Position numbers and translations under genes: made by a program
Shown: positions 16,937-25,965 of the stretch, in pieces
How the letters are laid out: every line of letters starts with the position of its first letter
Position numbering within the stretch: position 1 is the first letter of the stretch
Notes under the pieces: generated by a model
Told to the model about the DNA's origin: nothing
Databases searched by the model: none
What the model saw: the letters and a program-made list of their open reading frames with translations, nothing else
NCBI GenBank assembly: GCA_964416015.1
Contig: CAYQCT010000002.1
Coordinates: forward strand, 9,109-61,762
DNA: 52,654 bases
DNA from: an uncultured Tepidisphaerales bacterium
GTDB taxonomy: Bacteria; Planctomycetota; Phycisphaerae; Tepidisphaerales; Tepidisphaeraceae
Direction of reading: 5' to 3'

Positions 16937-18856
16937 ATGCGTCAGACCCCTCGCCGTCGACTCTCTTCGCACGCTCTCCCGGAGCAGGTGCACCTCGATC
17001 GCCTCGAAGGCCGACGGATGCTGTCGGCGACGGATCTTCGCGGCGAAATCATCGGCACGCACGTGCCCGGCGCGTGCGGTTGCGGCGTCTGCAGCGGTGC
17101 CCTCAGCTACGCGGACGGCCGATCGTTTCTGGAAGTTGCCCTCGCCGAGGCGACGAAGAACGGCATGCCGGCGAACGGCATCGATCTCGACCCGGCCTCC
17201 ATCGGCCTGTCGGGCCTGACGACCGAGGGCGGCGACGGCTTCGAGCTGGGCCGTGGCGAGGCGACGTCCGCCATCACCACCGCAAACGCAACGCCGCCCG
17301 GCGACTTCGACATCATCGTCGAGTTCCAGTCGCCGGTCACGGCGGCGCAGGAGGCGGCCTTCGCCCAGGCCGAGCTAATCTGGGAGAGCATCATCCTCGG
17401 CGACGTGGCCGATACGTTCGTCAGCGGCTACGGCCCGGTCGACGACCTGGTCATCTTCAGCGACCTCGGTCCGATCGACGGTCCCGGCAACATTCTCGGC
17501 CAGGCCTGTCCGTTCAGCTTCCGCGGCAGTGGCATTCCGCGAGCCGGTTCGATGGACTTCGACTCGGCCGACCTCGCCTCGCTGGAACAGCAGGGCCTGC
17601 TAACCGACGTGATCGTCCACGAGATGGGCCACGTCCTGGGCGTCGGCACGATCTGGGGCAGCCTCGGCCTGCGGCAAGGCGCCGGCACCAGCAACCCGCG
17701 GTACATCGGCAGCGAAGCGCTGGCGGAGTACAACACGTTCGTCGACAACAACACGAGCAACATCCCGCTCGCCAACGTCGGCGGCCCGGGCAGCCGCGAC
17801 TCGCACTGGCGGGAAAGCACGTTCAACAACGAGCTGATGAGCCCGAACCTCAACGGCGGCAGCAACCCGCTGAGCCGGATGACCGCCGCCTCGCTCATCG
17901 ACTACGGCTACACGAACATCGACCTCGATGCGACCGACTTCTACGAACTGCCCGGCGGCAACGACGCGCCCCGGCTCTTCGGCCTCGGCACGAGCGTCGA
18001 TCCCGTGCCGGACGGCGGAACGGTGACGCTCTCCGTGCCCGCCACCGACACCGACTCGGGCATGGATCGCGTCGAGTTCTGGCTCGACTCCAACGGCCGC
18101 GACGGGTTGCAGCGGGGCACGAACAACCCCGACACGCTGCTCGGCGTCGACTCGACGCCCTCCGGGAGCACCTACAGCGTGGAGCTGCCCGCGTCCGACT
18201 TCGAGCCGGGCGACAACACCGTCATCGCCCGCGGCTTTGATCAGCGAAACCTCGGTAGCAGCGACCGCAGCACGATCGTCTCTCGCGAGGCGGATCTGGT
18301 CGGACCCGAAGTGACGGACACGGCCGTCTTCCTCGAGCAGTCGCAGCAGCTGCGCTTCACCTTCGGCGAGCGGACCGAGGCCGATCCTGTCGTGAGCGAC
18401 CTGACGCTGACGAACCTGACGACGGGCCAGGTCGTGCCGACCTCGACGCTGTCGCTGCAGGTGGTCAAGGTCGGGCAGGTCACGGTCGCGACGTTCTCCT
18501 ACGACGTGTCGGGCAATGGCCCGCTGGCCAACGGCAACTACCGCGCGACGCTCGCCGCCGGTGCCGCCGAAGATGCGGCGGGCAACGGCTCGCTCGAGAC
18601 GGTGATCGACTTCGCCTTCGTCAATGGCGACGCCGACGGCAGCGGCACGGTCAACCTCGCCGACTTCGGCGTCCTCCGGGCGAACTTCGGCCAGAACGGT
18701 CGGACCTTCTCCGAGGGCGACTTCAACTACGACGGCCTCGTTAACCTCGCCGACTTTGGCATCCTTCGCGGCAACTTCGGCTTTACCCTGCCGAGCAACG
18801 CGACCGCCATCTTCAGCGATTCGAGCGTCGATGACGAGGACGAACGAAACGTCTGA
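16937..18856 (+). CDS. Secreted zinc metalloprotease, leishmanolysin-like (M8), with Ig-like and double dockerin-like C-terminus
   Basis: ORF 16883..18856 trimmed to the ATG at 16937 (MRQTPRRRLSSHALPEQVHLDRLEGRRMLSATD). VIVHEMGHVLGVGTIWG is an HExxH motif. The downstream DSHWRESTFNNELMSP gives the third His ligand plus the ELM motif typical of M8. The C-terminus is NGDADGSGTVNLADFGVLRANFG...EGDFNYDGLVNLADFGILRGNFG. Confidence 0.85.
   Translation: MRQTPRRRLSSHALPEQVHLDRLEGRRMLSATDLRGEIIGTHVPGACGCGVCSGALSYADGRSFLEVALAEATKNGMPANGIDLDPASIGLSGLTTEGGDGFELGRGEATSAITTANATPPGDFDIIVEFQSPVTAAQEAAFAQAELIWESIILGDVADTFVSGYGPVDDLVIFSDLGPIDGPGNILGQACPFSFRGSGIPRAGSMDFDSADLASLEQQGLLTDVIVHEMGHVLGVGTIWGSLGLRQGAGTSNPRYIGSEALAEYNTFVDNNTSNIPLANVGGPGSRDSHWRESTFNNELMSPNLNGGSNPLSRMTAASLIDYGYTNIDLDATDFYELPGGNDAPRLFGLGTSVDPVPDGGTVTLSVPATDTDSGMDRVEFWLDSNGRDGLQRGTNNPDTLLGVDSTPSGSTYSVELPASDFEPGDNTVIARGFDQRNLGSSDRSTIVSREADLVGPEVTDTAVFLEQSQQLRFTFGERTEADPVVSDLTLTNLTTGQVVPTSTLSLQVVKVGQVTVATFSYDVSGNGPLANGNYRATLAAGAAEDAAGNGSLETVIDFAFVNGDADGSGTVNLADFGVLRANFGQNGRTFSEGDFNYDGLVNLADFGILRGNFGFTLPSNATAIFSDSSVDDEDERNV
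17003..17026 (+). other. Leader motif LEGRRMLS
   Basis: Residues 23-30 of the M8-like protease. Confidence 0.8.
18623..18781 (+). repeat. Tandem dockerin-like repeat pair, copy 3 of 3
   Basis: NGDADGSGTVNLADFGVLRANFG-(7 aa)-EGDFNYDGLVNLADFGILRGNFG. Confidence 0.85.
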
Positions 18857-18879
18857 CGCGACAATCACGATCTGTCCGA

Positions 18880-18920
18880 GCAGCCCCGGGTCGTCATCCG
18901 GGGCTGCTTTGCTTCGTTGG
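18880..18920 (+). terminator. Intrinsic terminator after the M8 protease gene (overlaps the stop codon of the convergent M28 gene)
   Basis: GCAGCCCCGG (18880-18889), loop gtcgtcat, CCGGGGCTGC (18898-18907), then tttgcttcgttgg. The TGA of the minus-strand gene (comp. 18894-18896) lies in the loop. Confidence 0.55.
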
Positions 18921-20510
18921 CGCAATGCCCTGCATCGTCAGCAACGGCACCCACGGCAGGACGACGAGCAGGAGAAGGAACGACGCCACGCCGCCGAGGC
19001 GGAGCGTCAACGCCTGCCCGGCCAGCCACGCCGCCGGCACGGTGAGCAGCGTCGCCAGGACAGCCGCGACGACGGCCAGAGGCCAAAGCTTCGTCCGGCT
19101 CGTAAGCAGCACGACGCCGCCGACGAGAAGCAGGGCGGCCGGCAGGTAGCTTGCGCCCGGCAGCAGGATCGTCAGGCCGACAGCGGCCGCGGCGATGGGA
19201 ACGAGCACGGCCGCCAGTGTCTGCTCGGCCCCAAGACGCGCGGCGGCGAAGGCGGCGACGAGGGCCATGCCAGCCAATCCGATCCAGACGATGCCGAAGA
19301 ACCGCCCGACCTCCGGGTGCGGTAGTAACATGCCCAGGCCCTGCCCGACGACGCAGACGGCGACCACGATGGCGGCGAGGCCGACAAGGACATGCTTCCA
19401 GGACCGCTCGTGCCGTCGCCGCGTGGTGGTCAGGACGCCGAGGCCGGCGAGACCAAGGGCGGGCAGCAGTACGATCCACGCGACGGGCCGTGCGTAGATC
19501 ACGACGGTGGCGGCCAGTACATCGAAGTAGACATCCGCCGACGCCGGCGCCGAACCCTCACCTTCGGCCGCCGCCCGCGTGACGGCGACCGCCTGGGCCG
19601 CCTGGTGGAACAGCGTCCGCCGGCTGACATTTTCGATGCGGTCCTGGCCCGTGTGGTAGCCGTGGTAGCCGCCGATGAAGGCGAAGTTGAGTCCCGGCAG
19701 GTCGACATGCAGGTCCGTCGGCAGGCCCTGCTCGATGCTCGGCGGGAAGTCGCCCGGCACGTACGTCAGCATGTCGAAGTCTGTCCGGTTCGGCATCAGG
19801 CCGTAGATGGCATCGGAGAGGCTGCTTGTGACCGGGTGCGGCGCGACGCGGGCGTAGGTCCGCACGAGGCCGCCGCTGCTTGGGCCCTGCTGGAACAGCA
19901 ACGCCGGCCCCGACAGGCCGCGCCCTTCGAAGTTGAACGCGGCGATCACGTTCATGAAGTCGGGCCGCGTCAGGATCGCCCAGAGCATCGCGCCACGCAG
20001 ACCGGCCTCTTCGCCGTCGGGGAGCAGGATCACGACGTCGCGTTTCGGCGGCGACTCGCTGAACTGCCGCGCCGCTTCCAGGACGGCCGCGACGCCGGCA
20101 CCGTTGTCGCCCGCCCCGTGGCTGTCGGCCGGCGTGCCGTCGAAGCGGTCGCGGCTGTCGAAGTGCGCACACAGCAGCACCGCCTCCCCGGTGCCGCCGG
20201 TGCCGGCCAGCCGGGCGATGACGTTGCGGACCGGGATGCGGATCGACGGATCACGCCAGTGCCCGAAGACGCCGTCCTGTCGGTCGACGTCGTAGCCGAG
20301 GCGGGCGAGTTCGCCGGCGAGGAAGTCGCCGACGACCGCGTTCGCCTCCGAGTCCGCCGGGTGCGGCTCGGCGGCGACGTGGTTCAGGATCCGCTCGACG
20401 TAGCTCTCGTCGATCCCGGGCGACGACGCCGGCGGGTGCACGCGAAGAAGGCTGAGCCCCGTCGTCGCGAGCAAAGCGACGAGCGCGACGATAACCCGCA
20501 TGCGGTGCAC
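18894..20510 (-). CDS. M28 family metallopeptidase fused to a C-terminal polytopic membrane domain
   Basis: MHRMRVIVALVALLATTGLSLL is a signal or anchor sequence. NVIARLAGTGG...VLLCAHFDS...GAGDNGAGVAAVLEAARQF...VVILLPDGEEAGLRGA carries the M28 zinc ligands (H, D, EE). About 250 aa follow, containing 6-7 hydrophobic helices. Confidence 0.85.
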   Translation of the reverse strand: MHRMRVIVALVALLATTGLSLLRVHPPASSPGIDESYVERILNHVAAEPHPADSEANAVVGDFLAGELARLGYDVDRQDGVFGHWRDPSIRIPVRNVIARLAGTGGTGEAVLLCAHFDSRDRFDGTPADSHGAGDNGAGVAAVLEAARQFSESPPKRDVVILLPDGEEAGLRGAMLWAILTRPDFMNVIAAFNFEGRGLSGPALLFQQGPSSGGLVRTYARVAPHPVTSSLSDAIYGLMPNRTDFDMLTYVPGDFPPSIEQGLPTDLHVDLPGLNFAFIGGYHGYHTGQDRIENVSRRTLFHQAAQAVAVTRAAAEGEGSAPASADVYFDVLAATVVIYARPVAWIVLLPALGLAGLGVLTTTRRRHERSWKHVLVGLAAIVVAVCVVGQGLGMLLPHPEVGRFFGIVWIGLAGMALVAAFAAARLGAEQTLAAVLVPIAAAAVGLTILLPGASYLPAALLLVGGVVLLTSRTKLWPLAVVAAVLATLLTVPAAWLAGQALTLRLGGVASFLLLLVVLPWVPLLTMQGIAPTKQSSPG

Positions 20511-20608
20511 GCGGCGAGGATACGAGAGGCGTCGGCTCCGACGTACTGGAGCTCATCAGAGGACGATCTGCGAGCCGCCGCTGCTACGACCAAAGTTCTC
20601 GAAACCTC

Positions 20609-21436
20609 CTAGCTCACACCGGAAACCACGTCCACCTCGCGAACGACCAGCGGCCGGGCCTGCGGGATCAGGCCGTGTGATGCCGCCTCGTGGTGGAAGC
20701 GGGCGATTGCCTCGAGCTGGCGTGGGCCGATGTTGAAGCGGAGGTGCTGGGTCAGGTAGCGTCGCGCGACGTCGAACGGCCAACCGGCGGGCTTGGCGAA
20801 GTCGTGAAGGATCGATTCGATGTTGTCAGGGCGTGTCCCCGCTTCGCGAGCAAAGGCCAGCTCGCGGGGCAGGTCGCCGACGTCGAGGCGGCGCCGCGTG
20901 GTCCAGCATGCGAAGACGAACGGCAAGCCGGTCATATCCTTCCACGCCTGGCCGAGGTCGAGCTGGTGCGGAAAGCCGGTCGGCTCGTCGAGGACGACTT
21001 TGTCGCCGATGAGCAGGCGGGCCGTCGCCGGATCGTTGCCGACGTTGGCGAGGCTCACGACGTCCGGCCATGCGTCGAACATCTTGGCGAGGACGATCCG
21101 CGAGAGCGCGACGCTCGTGTGACTGTCGGGATCGACCGCGAGCCGCCGCACCTTGTAAAACGGCACGCGGCTGAAGAGGCGGACGGTCAGCGTCGCCCCG
21201 TCGCAGCCGATGCCGCCGACGGGCAGAAGCTCGGCATCGTCGAGCCGTTGGTAGTCGATGACCGGCAGCAACGCCACGTCCTCGCGGCCGTCGGCGAGGC
21301 GTTCGAGCAGGCGGCTGGGCACGTCGAGGTGCACCGGTCGATCGAGGCCGAACAGCAATGGCTTGGCATTCAGATAGGCGACGCAAGCGAGCTTCGGCGG
21401 CGCGGCGGGCACGTGTCGATCCTTCGCAACCGGCAC
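20609..21436 (-). CDS. mqnA: Menaquinone biosynthesis protein, MqnA family (chorismate dehydratase, futalosine pathway)
   Basis: 275-aa protein. KLACVAYLNAKPLLFGL...DVALLPVIDY...LPVGGIGCDGATLTVRLFS...DPDSHTSVALSRIVL...LLIGDKVV matches the periplasmic-binding-like MqnA/MqnD (VitK2_biosynth) pattern. I cannot distinguish MqnA from MqnD with certainty. Confidence 0.75.
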   Translation of the reverse strand: MPVAKDRHVPAAPPKLACVAYLNAKPLLFGLDRPVHLDVPSRLLERLADGREDVALLPVIDYQRLDDAELLPVGGIGCDGATLTVRLFSRVPFYKVRRLAVDPDSHTSVALSRIVLAKMFDAWPDVVSLANVGNDPATARLLIGDKVVLDEPTGFPHQLDLGQAWKDMTGLPFVFACWTTRRRLDVGDLPRELAFAREAGTRPDNIESILHDFAKPAGWPFDVARRYLTQHLRFNIGPRQLEAIARFHHEAASHGLIPQARPLVVREVDVVSGVS

Positions 21437-21596
21437 GACCGGACGTTCAGATGTCTGCGAAGACTGTCGTCAGGTGGACCAGACGCGAAATGTTGACATA
21501 CTGGCCCTACGGTGAGGCCGATCGCGTGCATGCCGCGCCGGCCCGTGCCGGCCGTGTCGGGTGGCCGCGACCCGTTCTCGAAAATCCAGTCTGCTC

Positions 21597-22760
21597 ATGC
21601 CTGATCCGGGCGATACGACCCTCATGGGGGTGCTGCACACCTCCAACGACAAGGCCGACGGCCAACTTCGCGACCCCGACCACCTGCTCCGCCCCGCGCG
21701 GGGCGAGGGGGGCAAGTCGCCCGTGGTTCCGCGACGCCTCATCGACCAGCACAACCTCCGGCCGGGCAACCTGCTCACGCTCAGCCTGCGTCCCAACGGC
21801 AAAGTCCGCGACGTCGAGCTCGTCGAGGACATGAAGCCCGAACTCTGGGCCCAGGTGCCGGCGATCTACGACAGCGTCGCGCTCGATCCGGGCCCGCAGG
21901 TCGTCCTCGAGCACGACCCGAAGGAAGTCACCAGCCGCATCGTCGACCTCATCGCACCCGTCGGCTTCGGGCAACGCGGCCTCATCGTCGCGCCGCCCCG
22001 CACCGGCAAGACGGTGCTCATGCAGAACCTGGCCCGCGGCATCCACGCCAACAACCCGCAGGCCGACCTCTTCCTTCTGCTCGTCGACGAGCGGCCCGAG
22101 GAAGTCACCGACATGCGCCGCAACGTCCCCGGCACGGTCATCGCCAGCAGCAACGACAACGACACGCGACACCACATCGAACTCGCCAGCCTCGCCTGCG
22201 AACGCTTCAAGCGGCTGGCGGAAACGGGTCGCGATGTCATCGTCCTCATGGACTCGCTCACGCGGCTCGGCCGGGCGTTCAACCGCGGCACCAACAGCGG
22301 CAAACTCATGTCCGGCGGCATCGACGCACGCGCGTTGGAAGTGCCCAAACGCATCTTCGGCGCCGCCCGCAAGATCGAAGGCGGCGGAAGCCTGACCATC
22401 CTCGCCACGGCCCTCGTCCAGACCAACAGCCGGATGGACGACGTCATTTTCGAGGAGTTCAAAGGCACCGGCAACATGGAGATCACGCTCGATCGCAAGG
22501 CCAGCAACGACCGGATCTACCCCGCGTTCTGGCTCGCGCAGTGCGGCACGCGGAAGGAAGAAAACCTGATCCCCGAGCACCACATGCCGGCGATCAACAA
22601 CATCCGCAAGCACCTGGCCAGCATGCCGCCGGTCATGGCGATCAAGACGCTCATCGAGGCCGTCGGCAAGCACCCGACGAACGAGAGCTTCCTGAAGGCG
22701 ATGACGCCCGCGCCGCAGCGGCCGGTCGAACGCGTGCAGCGGCGGGCCGTCGGTCGGTAA
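21597..22760 (+). CDS. rho: Transcription termination factor Rho
   Basis: [34 protein letters not shown] (Walker A), [16 protein letters not shown] (Walker B), [16 protein letters not shown], and [50 protein letters not shown]. The start is either the ATG at 21597 or the GTG at 21561. Confidence 0.95.
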   Translation: MPDPGDTTLMGVLHTSNDKADGQLRDPDHLLRPARGEGGKSPVVPRRLIDQHNLRPGNLLTLSLRPNGKVRDVELVEDMKPELWAQVPAIYDSVALDPGPQVVLEHDPKEVTSRIVDLIAPVGFGQRGLIVAPPRTGKTVLMQNLARGIHANNPQADLFLLLVDERPEEVTDMRRNVPGTVIASSNDNDTRHHIELASLACERFKRLAETGRDVIVLMDSLTRLGRAFNRGTNSGKLMSGGIDARALEVPKRIFGAARKIEGGGSLTILATALVQTNSRMDDVIFEEFKGTGNMEITLDRKASNDRIYPAFWLAQCGTRKEENLIPEHHMPAINNIRKHLASMPPVMAIKTLIEAVGKHPTNESFLKAMTPAPQRPVERVQRRAVGR

Positions 22761-22763
22761 AGG

Positions 22764-24251
22764 TTGCTACGGTCGCGGGTCGGGGCCGGTCCCCAAGTTC
22801 GTCCCACAACCAGCCGATTCGATGAGGTGTCGTTGAACCTCCTTCCGCCGCGCACGATCCAACCGATCCGGATCTGGATCGATCGGCTGCGCGACAGCTT
22901 CTGGTTCATCCCCGGCCTGCTGACGGCGGCGGCGGCGGTGCTGGGGCTAGTAATGCCGTACGTCGACCAGGTCTTCGAGCCGAGCAACGGGACGGCGGTC
23001 TTTCTCTACGACGTCGGGGCCGAGGGCGCGCGCAGCGTCCTGACGACCGCCGCCGCCAGCAGCATCGGCATCGCGGCAACCGTCTTCAGCATCACGATCG
23101 CCACGCTCACCCTCACCAGCAGCCAGTTCGGCCCGCGGCTGCTACGCACCTTCACCAGCGACCGCGGCATCCAGGTGGCGTTGGGCATGTTCCTCGCCAC
23201 CTTCGTGTACCCGCTGCTCGTCCTGCGGACGGTCCGCACCAGCGAGTCGCTGCAGACCGGCGGCATGAAGCACAGTGGTGAACCCGACGATGCGGCGGCC
23301 TCAACCGTCTCCGCGTTCGTGCCGCACCTGAGCGTGATGCTCGCTTTGCTGCTGGCGCTCTTTGCGGTCGCGGTGCTGATCTACTTCATTCACCACGTCT
23401 CGCGGATCATCCGCGCGCCGCAGGTCATCGACGCCGTCGGTCTGGAATTGGACGAGACGGCCGACGACGTGCTCGGCTCGCTGCCGTGGGATGGCGAGGC
23501 GGAGATCGACCCGCCGGCGCGGCCCGATCCGGCCGCGGTGATCGCGCGGGCGTCGCGCAGCGGCTTTCTGGCTGTCATCGACGAGCCGGAGCTCTCAAAG
23601 CTCGCGGACGCGGTCGAAGGAACGCTCTGGTGCGCGGTGCGGCCGGGTGATTACCTGTTCGAGGGCACGCCGTTGGTAATCGCCGAGGCCGATATCGCCG
23701 GCCGCGTGCATGCGAAGGCGGCGCGTCGGGTCGAGGATGCCTTCCGCATTCGCAGTGCACGCACCGTCACCGGCGACGTCGGCTTCGCGATCGACCAGCT
23801 GACGGAGATCGCTCAGCGCGCCTTGTCACCGGGGATCAACGATCCGTTCACGGCCCAGTCGTGCACCGACCGACTTGCGGCGTCATTGGCACGCGTGGCC
23901 AGCCGGATGATGCCGTCGCCGGAGGTCGTGGGACGCGACGGGCCGGGGAGACTGATCTGTTTTCGCCCGACGTGGCCCGAGATGGTGCAGCGGGCGTTCG
24001 CCCCGATCCGCCGGTGGGGCGGGAGCGACGCGGCGGTGGAGTCGCACATCCTCGACGCCCTACGCCGACTCTCCGCCGCGACGCCCAAAGCCCGCCGCGA
24101 GCCGCTCCGCGTGCAGGCCAACGCCGCCCGCGCCGCAGCGCTCGCCGAGTCGCCGGACGAGCCGGACAAGGCGATGGTCGAGGCAGCCCACGCCGCCTGC
24201 TTGCAGGCCATCCGCGACGACGCCGAACCGCCACGACTGATCGAGGCGTAG
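22764..24251 (+). CDS. DUF2254 domain-containing membrane protein
   Basis: IRIWIDRLRDSFWFIPGLLTAAAAVLGLVMPYVD, followed by 3-4 further TM helices and a soluble C-terminal half. This architecture matches the DUF2254 family as I remember it. The start is TTG 22764 or GTG 22827. Confidence 0.7.
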   Translation: MLRSRVGAGPQVRPTTSRFDEVSLNLLPPRTIQPIRIWIDRLRDSFWFIPGLLTAAAAVLGLVMPYVDQVFEPSNGTAVFLYDVGAEGARSVLTTAAASSIGIAATVFSITIATLTLTSSQFGPRLLRTFTSDRGIQVALGMFLATFVYPLLVLRTVRTSESLQTGGMKHSGEPDDAAASTVSAFVPHLSVMLALLLALFAVAVLIYFIHHVSRIIRAPQVIDAVGLELDETADDVLGSLPWDGEAEIDPPARPDPAAVIARASRSGFLAVIDEPELSKLADAVEGTLWCAVRPGDYLFEGTPLVIAEADIAGRVHAKAARRVEDAFRIRSARTVTGDVGFAIDQLTEIAQRALSPGINDPFTAQSCTDRLAASLARVASRMMPSPEVVGRDGPGRLICFRPTWPEMVQRAFAPIRRWGGSDAAVESHILDALRRLSAATPKARREPLRVQANAARAAALAESPDEPDKAMVEAAHAACLQAIRDDAEPPRLIEA

Positions 24252-24267
24252 GTTCTTGCTCGTCGCG

Positions 24268-25899
24268 CTATGACCCGCGCGTCGCCGGCCGCGTCTCCGG
24301 CGTCGCGGCAGGGCGGAGCCGGTAGACGCGACCCGTCCCTGCGCGGAAGCGTTCCTGGCCGTCACGCATGCGAAGCACGCCGGCGTCGAGGATGAAGAGC
24401 GTGCCGTCAGCGGCGAAGGCCGCGTCGGCAGGGCGGTGCAGCAGGCGGGCGTCCTCGGCCGCCGATGCCGTGTCGCCGGCGTTGAAGACGAATTGTTCGA
24501 CGGTCCCGCGATCGACGTCGACCACGGCCACGTACCGACCCGGCGTCACGCGTAGCGGCAGGCCGCTCGTTGCAAACGGGGCCCGATCGCCCCGCAGCGG
24601 CACGAGCAGACGCCCGGCGAAGGCCTCGAAGCCCGGCAGGCCGTCCGGAACCACCGTCATCCCGCCGGCCCCGCTCAGCGGCGGGAAGCGGGCGACCAGC
24701 AGCGACGCCGCGTCCGGCGGTTCGAGCGTCGACGAGGTGATGTCGCCGCTGCCGTCGAGATCGATCAGCGGGCTCAGCTCGCCGTAGCCGGTCGCCCGCA
24801 ACAGGTCCGCCGGCGGCTGCAGGCGCAGGTCCGTCACCGGGCGAAAGTCCGCCGAGTAGTCGGGCCAGCCGTACCACGGTGCGTCATCTCCGCCGCCGGC
24901 GAGCACGCGTACGACGACGTCCGGATCGTCCCGAACCGGCCGGGTCCCGCGGAGCTCCATGCCCTGATTGGTCGCGTATAGCCCGGCGAACTCGTCGAAG
25001 GCCAACCCGGTCGGGTTCCGCAGGCCGTGTGCTTCGACGCGGACGTCGCCGCCGCGTGGGTCGACGCTGTAGATCGCGCCGGTCGGCCGACCGTCGGCGG
25101 CGGCGGGGACTCGTTGCCCGGACTCGCCGAAGGCGTTGAATGGAGCAGTGTTGACGCTGTCGGGCCGGAGCAGGCTGCCGGCGGGGTTGTCGGTGTCGAA
25201 GCGGTAGCCGAAGATTTTGAGCGGCGTCAGCGGGCGGTCGTGGAAGTCGCGGTGCTCCTTGAGCCAGCCGGACCGCCAGTTGTCGAGACCGACGACGCCG
25301 CTGTTGGTCGCGCTGCCGAGGCCGAAGTAGAGCCGGCCGGTGAGTGGGTGGAAGGCCAGTGCTTCGACGCCGTGATCGCCCATCGCGGGCAGGCCGCTGA
25401 CGATCGTCCGCACCTCCGGCCGCCGCGTCGGTTCCCCCTCGCCCGGCGGCCAGTCGGCAAGATCAAAGGCCACGATCACGCCGCGTCCCTGCTCGTCGCG
25501 GCCGGCGACGTAGAGCAGATCGTTCCGCCAGGCCAGCGCCCCGACCGGCCCGTACAGCCGCGGCCTGCGATCGAACCAGCTCACGATCGCCCGGCGGGCC
25601 GGGTAGACCTCGACCTTCTCGCCGCTGTCGGGATCGAGCCGGGTGATCCGCGACTCGTTCCCGCGAAGACCCTGATCGGCGACGTAGACGTTGCCGGCGG
25701 CGTCGGTTGTCAATGCGGTCGCCGCGGTGAAGCCTTCGGCAGTGACGGCGAGTTCGAGACCGGCGGGGTACTCGATGCCCGCGCGGTCGATCGGCGTCGT
25801 GTCCGGGTCCGCAATCACCCGCACGGCCGGCTGACACCCGACGCACGCGGCGGCCGCGAGCAGCACCAACAGCCGAAGCACGACGGGCAAGACATTCAT
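24268..25899 (-). CDS. Beta-propeller lipoprotein, glucose/sorbosone dehydrogenase (SGL/NHL)-like
   Basis: ORF trimmed to the ATG at 25899: MNVLPVVLRLLVLLAAAACVGC, which contains a lipobox. Repeated blade motifs are AAGNVYVADQG, LAFHPLTGRLYFG, HGLRNPTGLAFD and DGTLFILDAG. Confidence 0.65.
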   Translation of the reverse strand: MNVLPVVLRLLVLLAAAACVGCQPAVRVIADPDTTPIDRAGIEYPAGLELAVTAEGFTAATALTTDAAGNVYVADQGLRGNESRITRLDPDSGEKVEVYPARRAIVSWFDRRPRLYGPVGALAWRNDLLYVAGRDEQGRGVIVAFDLADWPPGEGEPTRRPEVRTIVSGLPAMGDHGVEALAFHPLTGRLYFGLGSATNSGVVGLDNWRSGWLKEHRDFHDRPLTPLKIFGYRFDTDNPAGSLLRPDSVNTAPFNAFGESGQRVPAAADGRPTGAIYSVDPRGGDVRVEAHGLRNPTGLAFDEFAGLYATNQGMELRGTRPVRDDPDVVVRVLAGGGDDAPWYGWPDYSADFRPVTDLRLQPPADLLRATGYGELSPLIDLDGSGDITSSTLEPPDAASLLVARFPPLSGAGGMTVVPDGLPGFEAFAGRLLVPLRGDRAPFATSGLPLRVTPGRYVAVVDVDRGTVEQFVFNAGDTASAAEDARLLHRPADAAFAADGTLFILDAGVLRMRDGQERFRAGTGRVYRLRPAATPETRPATRGS

Positions 25900-25965
25900 G
25901 GTGGTGGCAGCAGATCCGCCAGCTGTGACCGTAAGGCTTAGCGGGCAGGGCGACAACCGCCGCAC

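Noticed and set aside
8504-17026. The RR of the shared leaders read as a twin-arginine (Tat) signal
   Set aside because: A Tat signal needs S/T-R-R-x-F-L-K followed by a 12-20 residue hydrophobic h-region and an AxA site. Here RR is followed by only 2-4 hydrophobic residues and then polar sequence.
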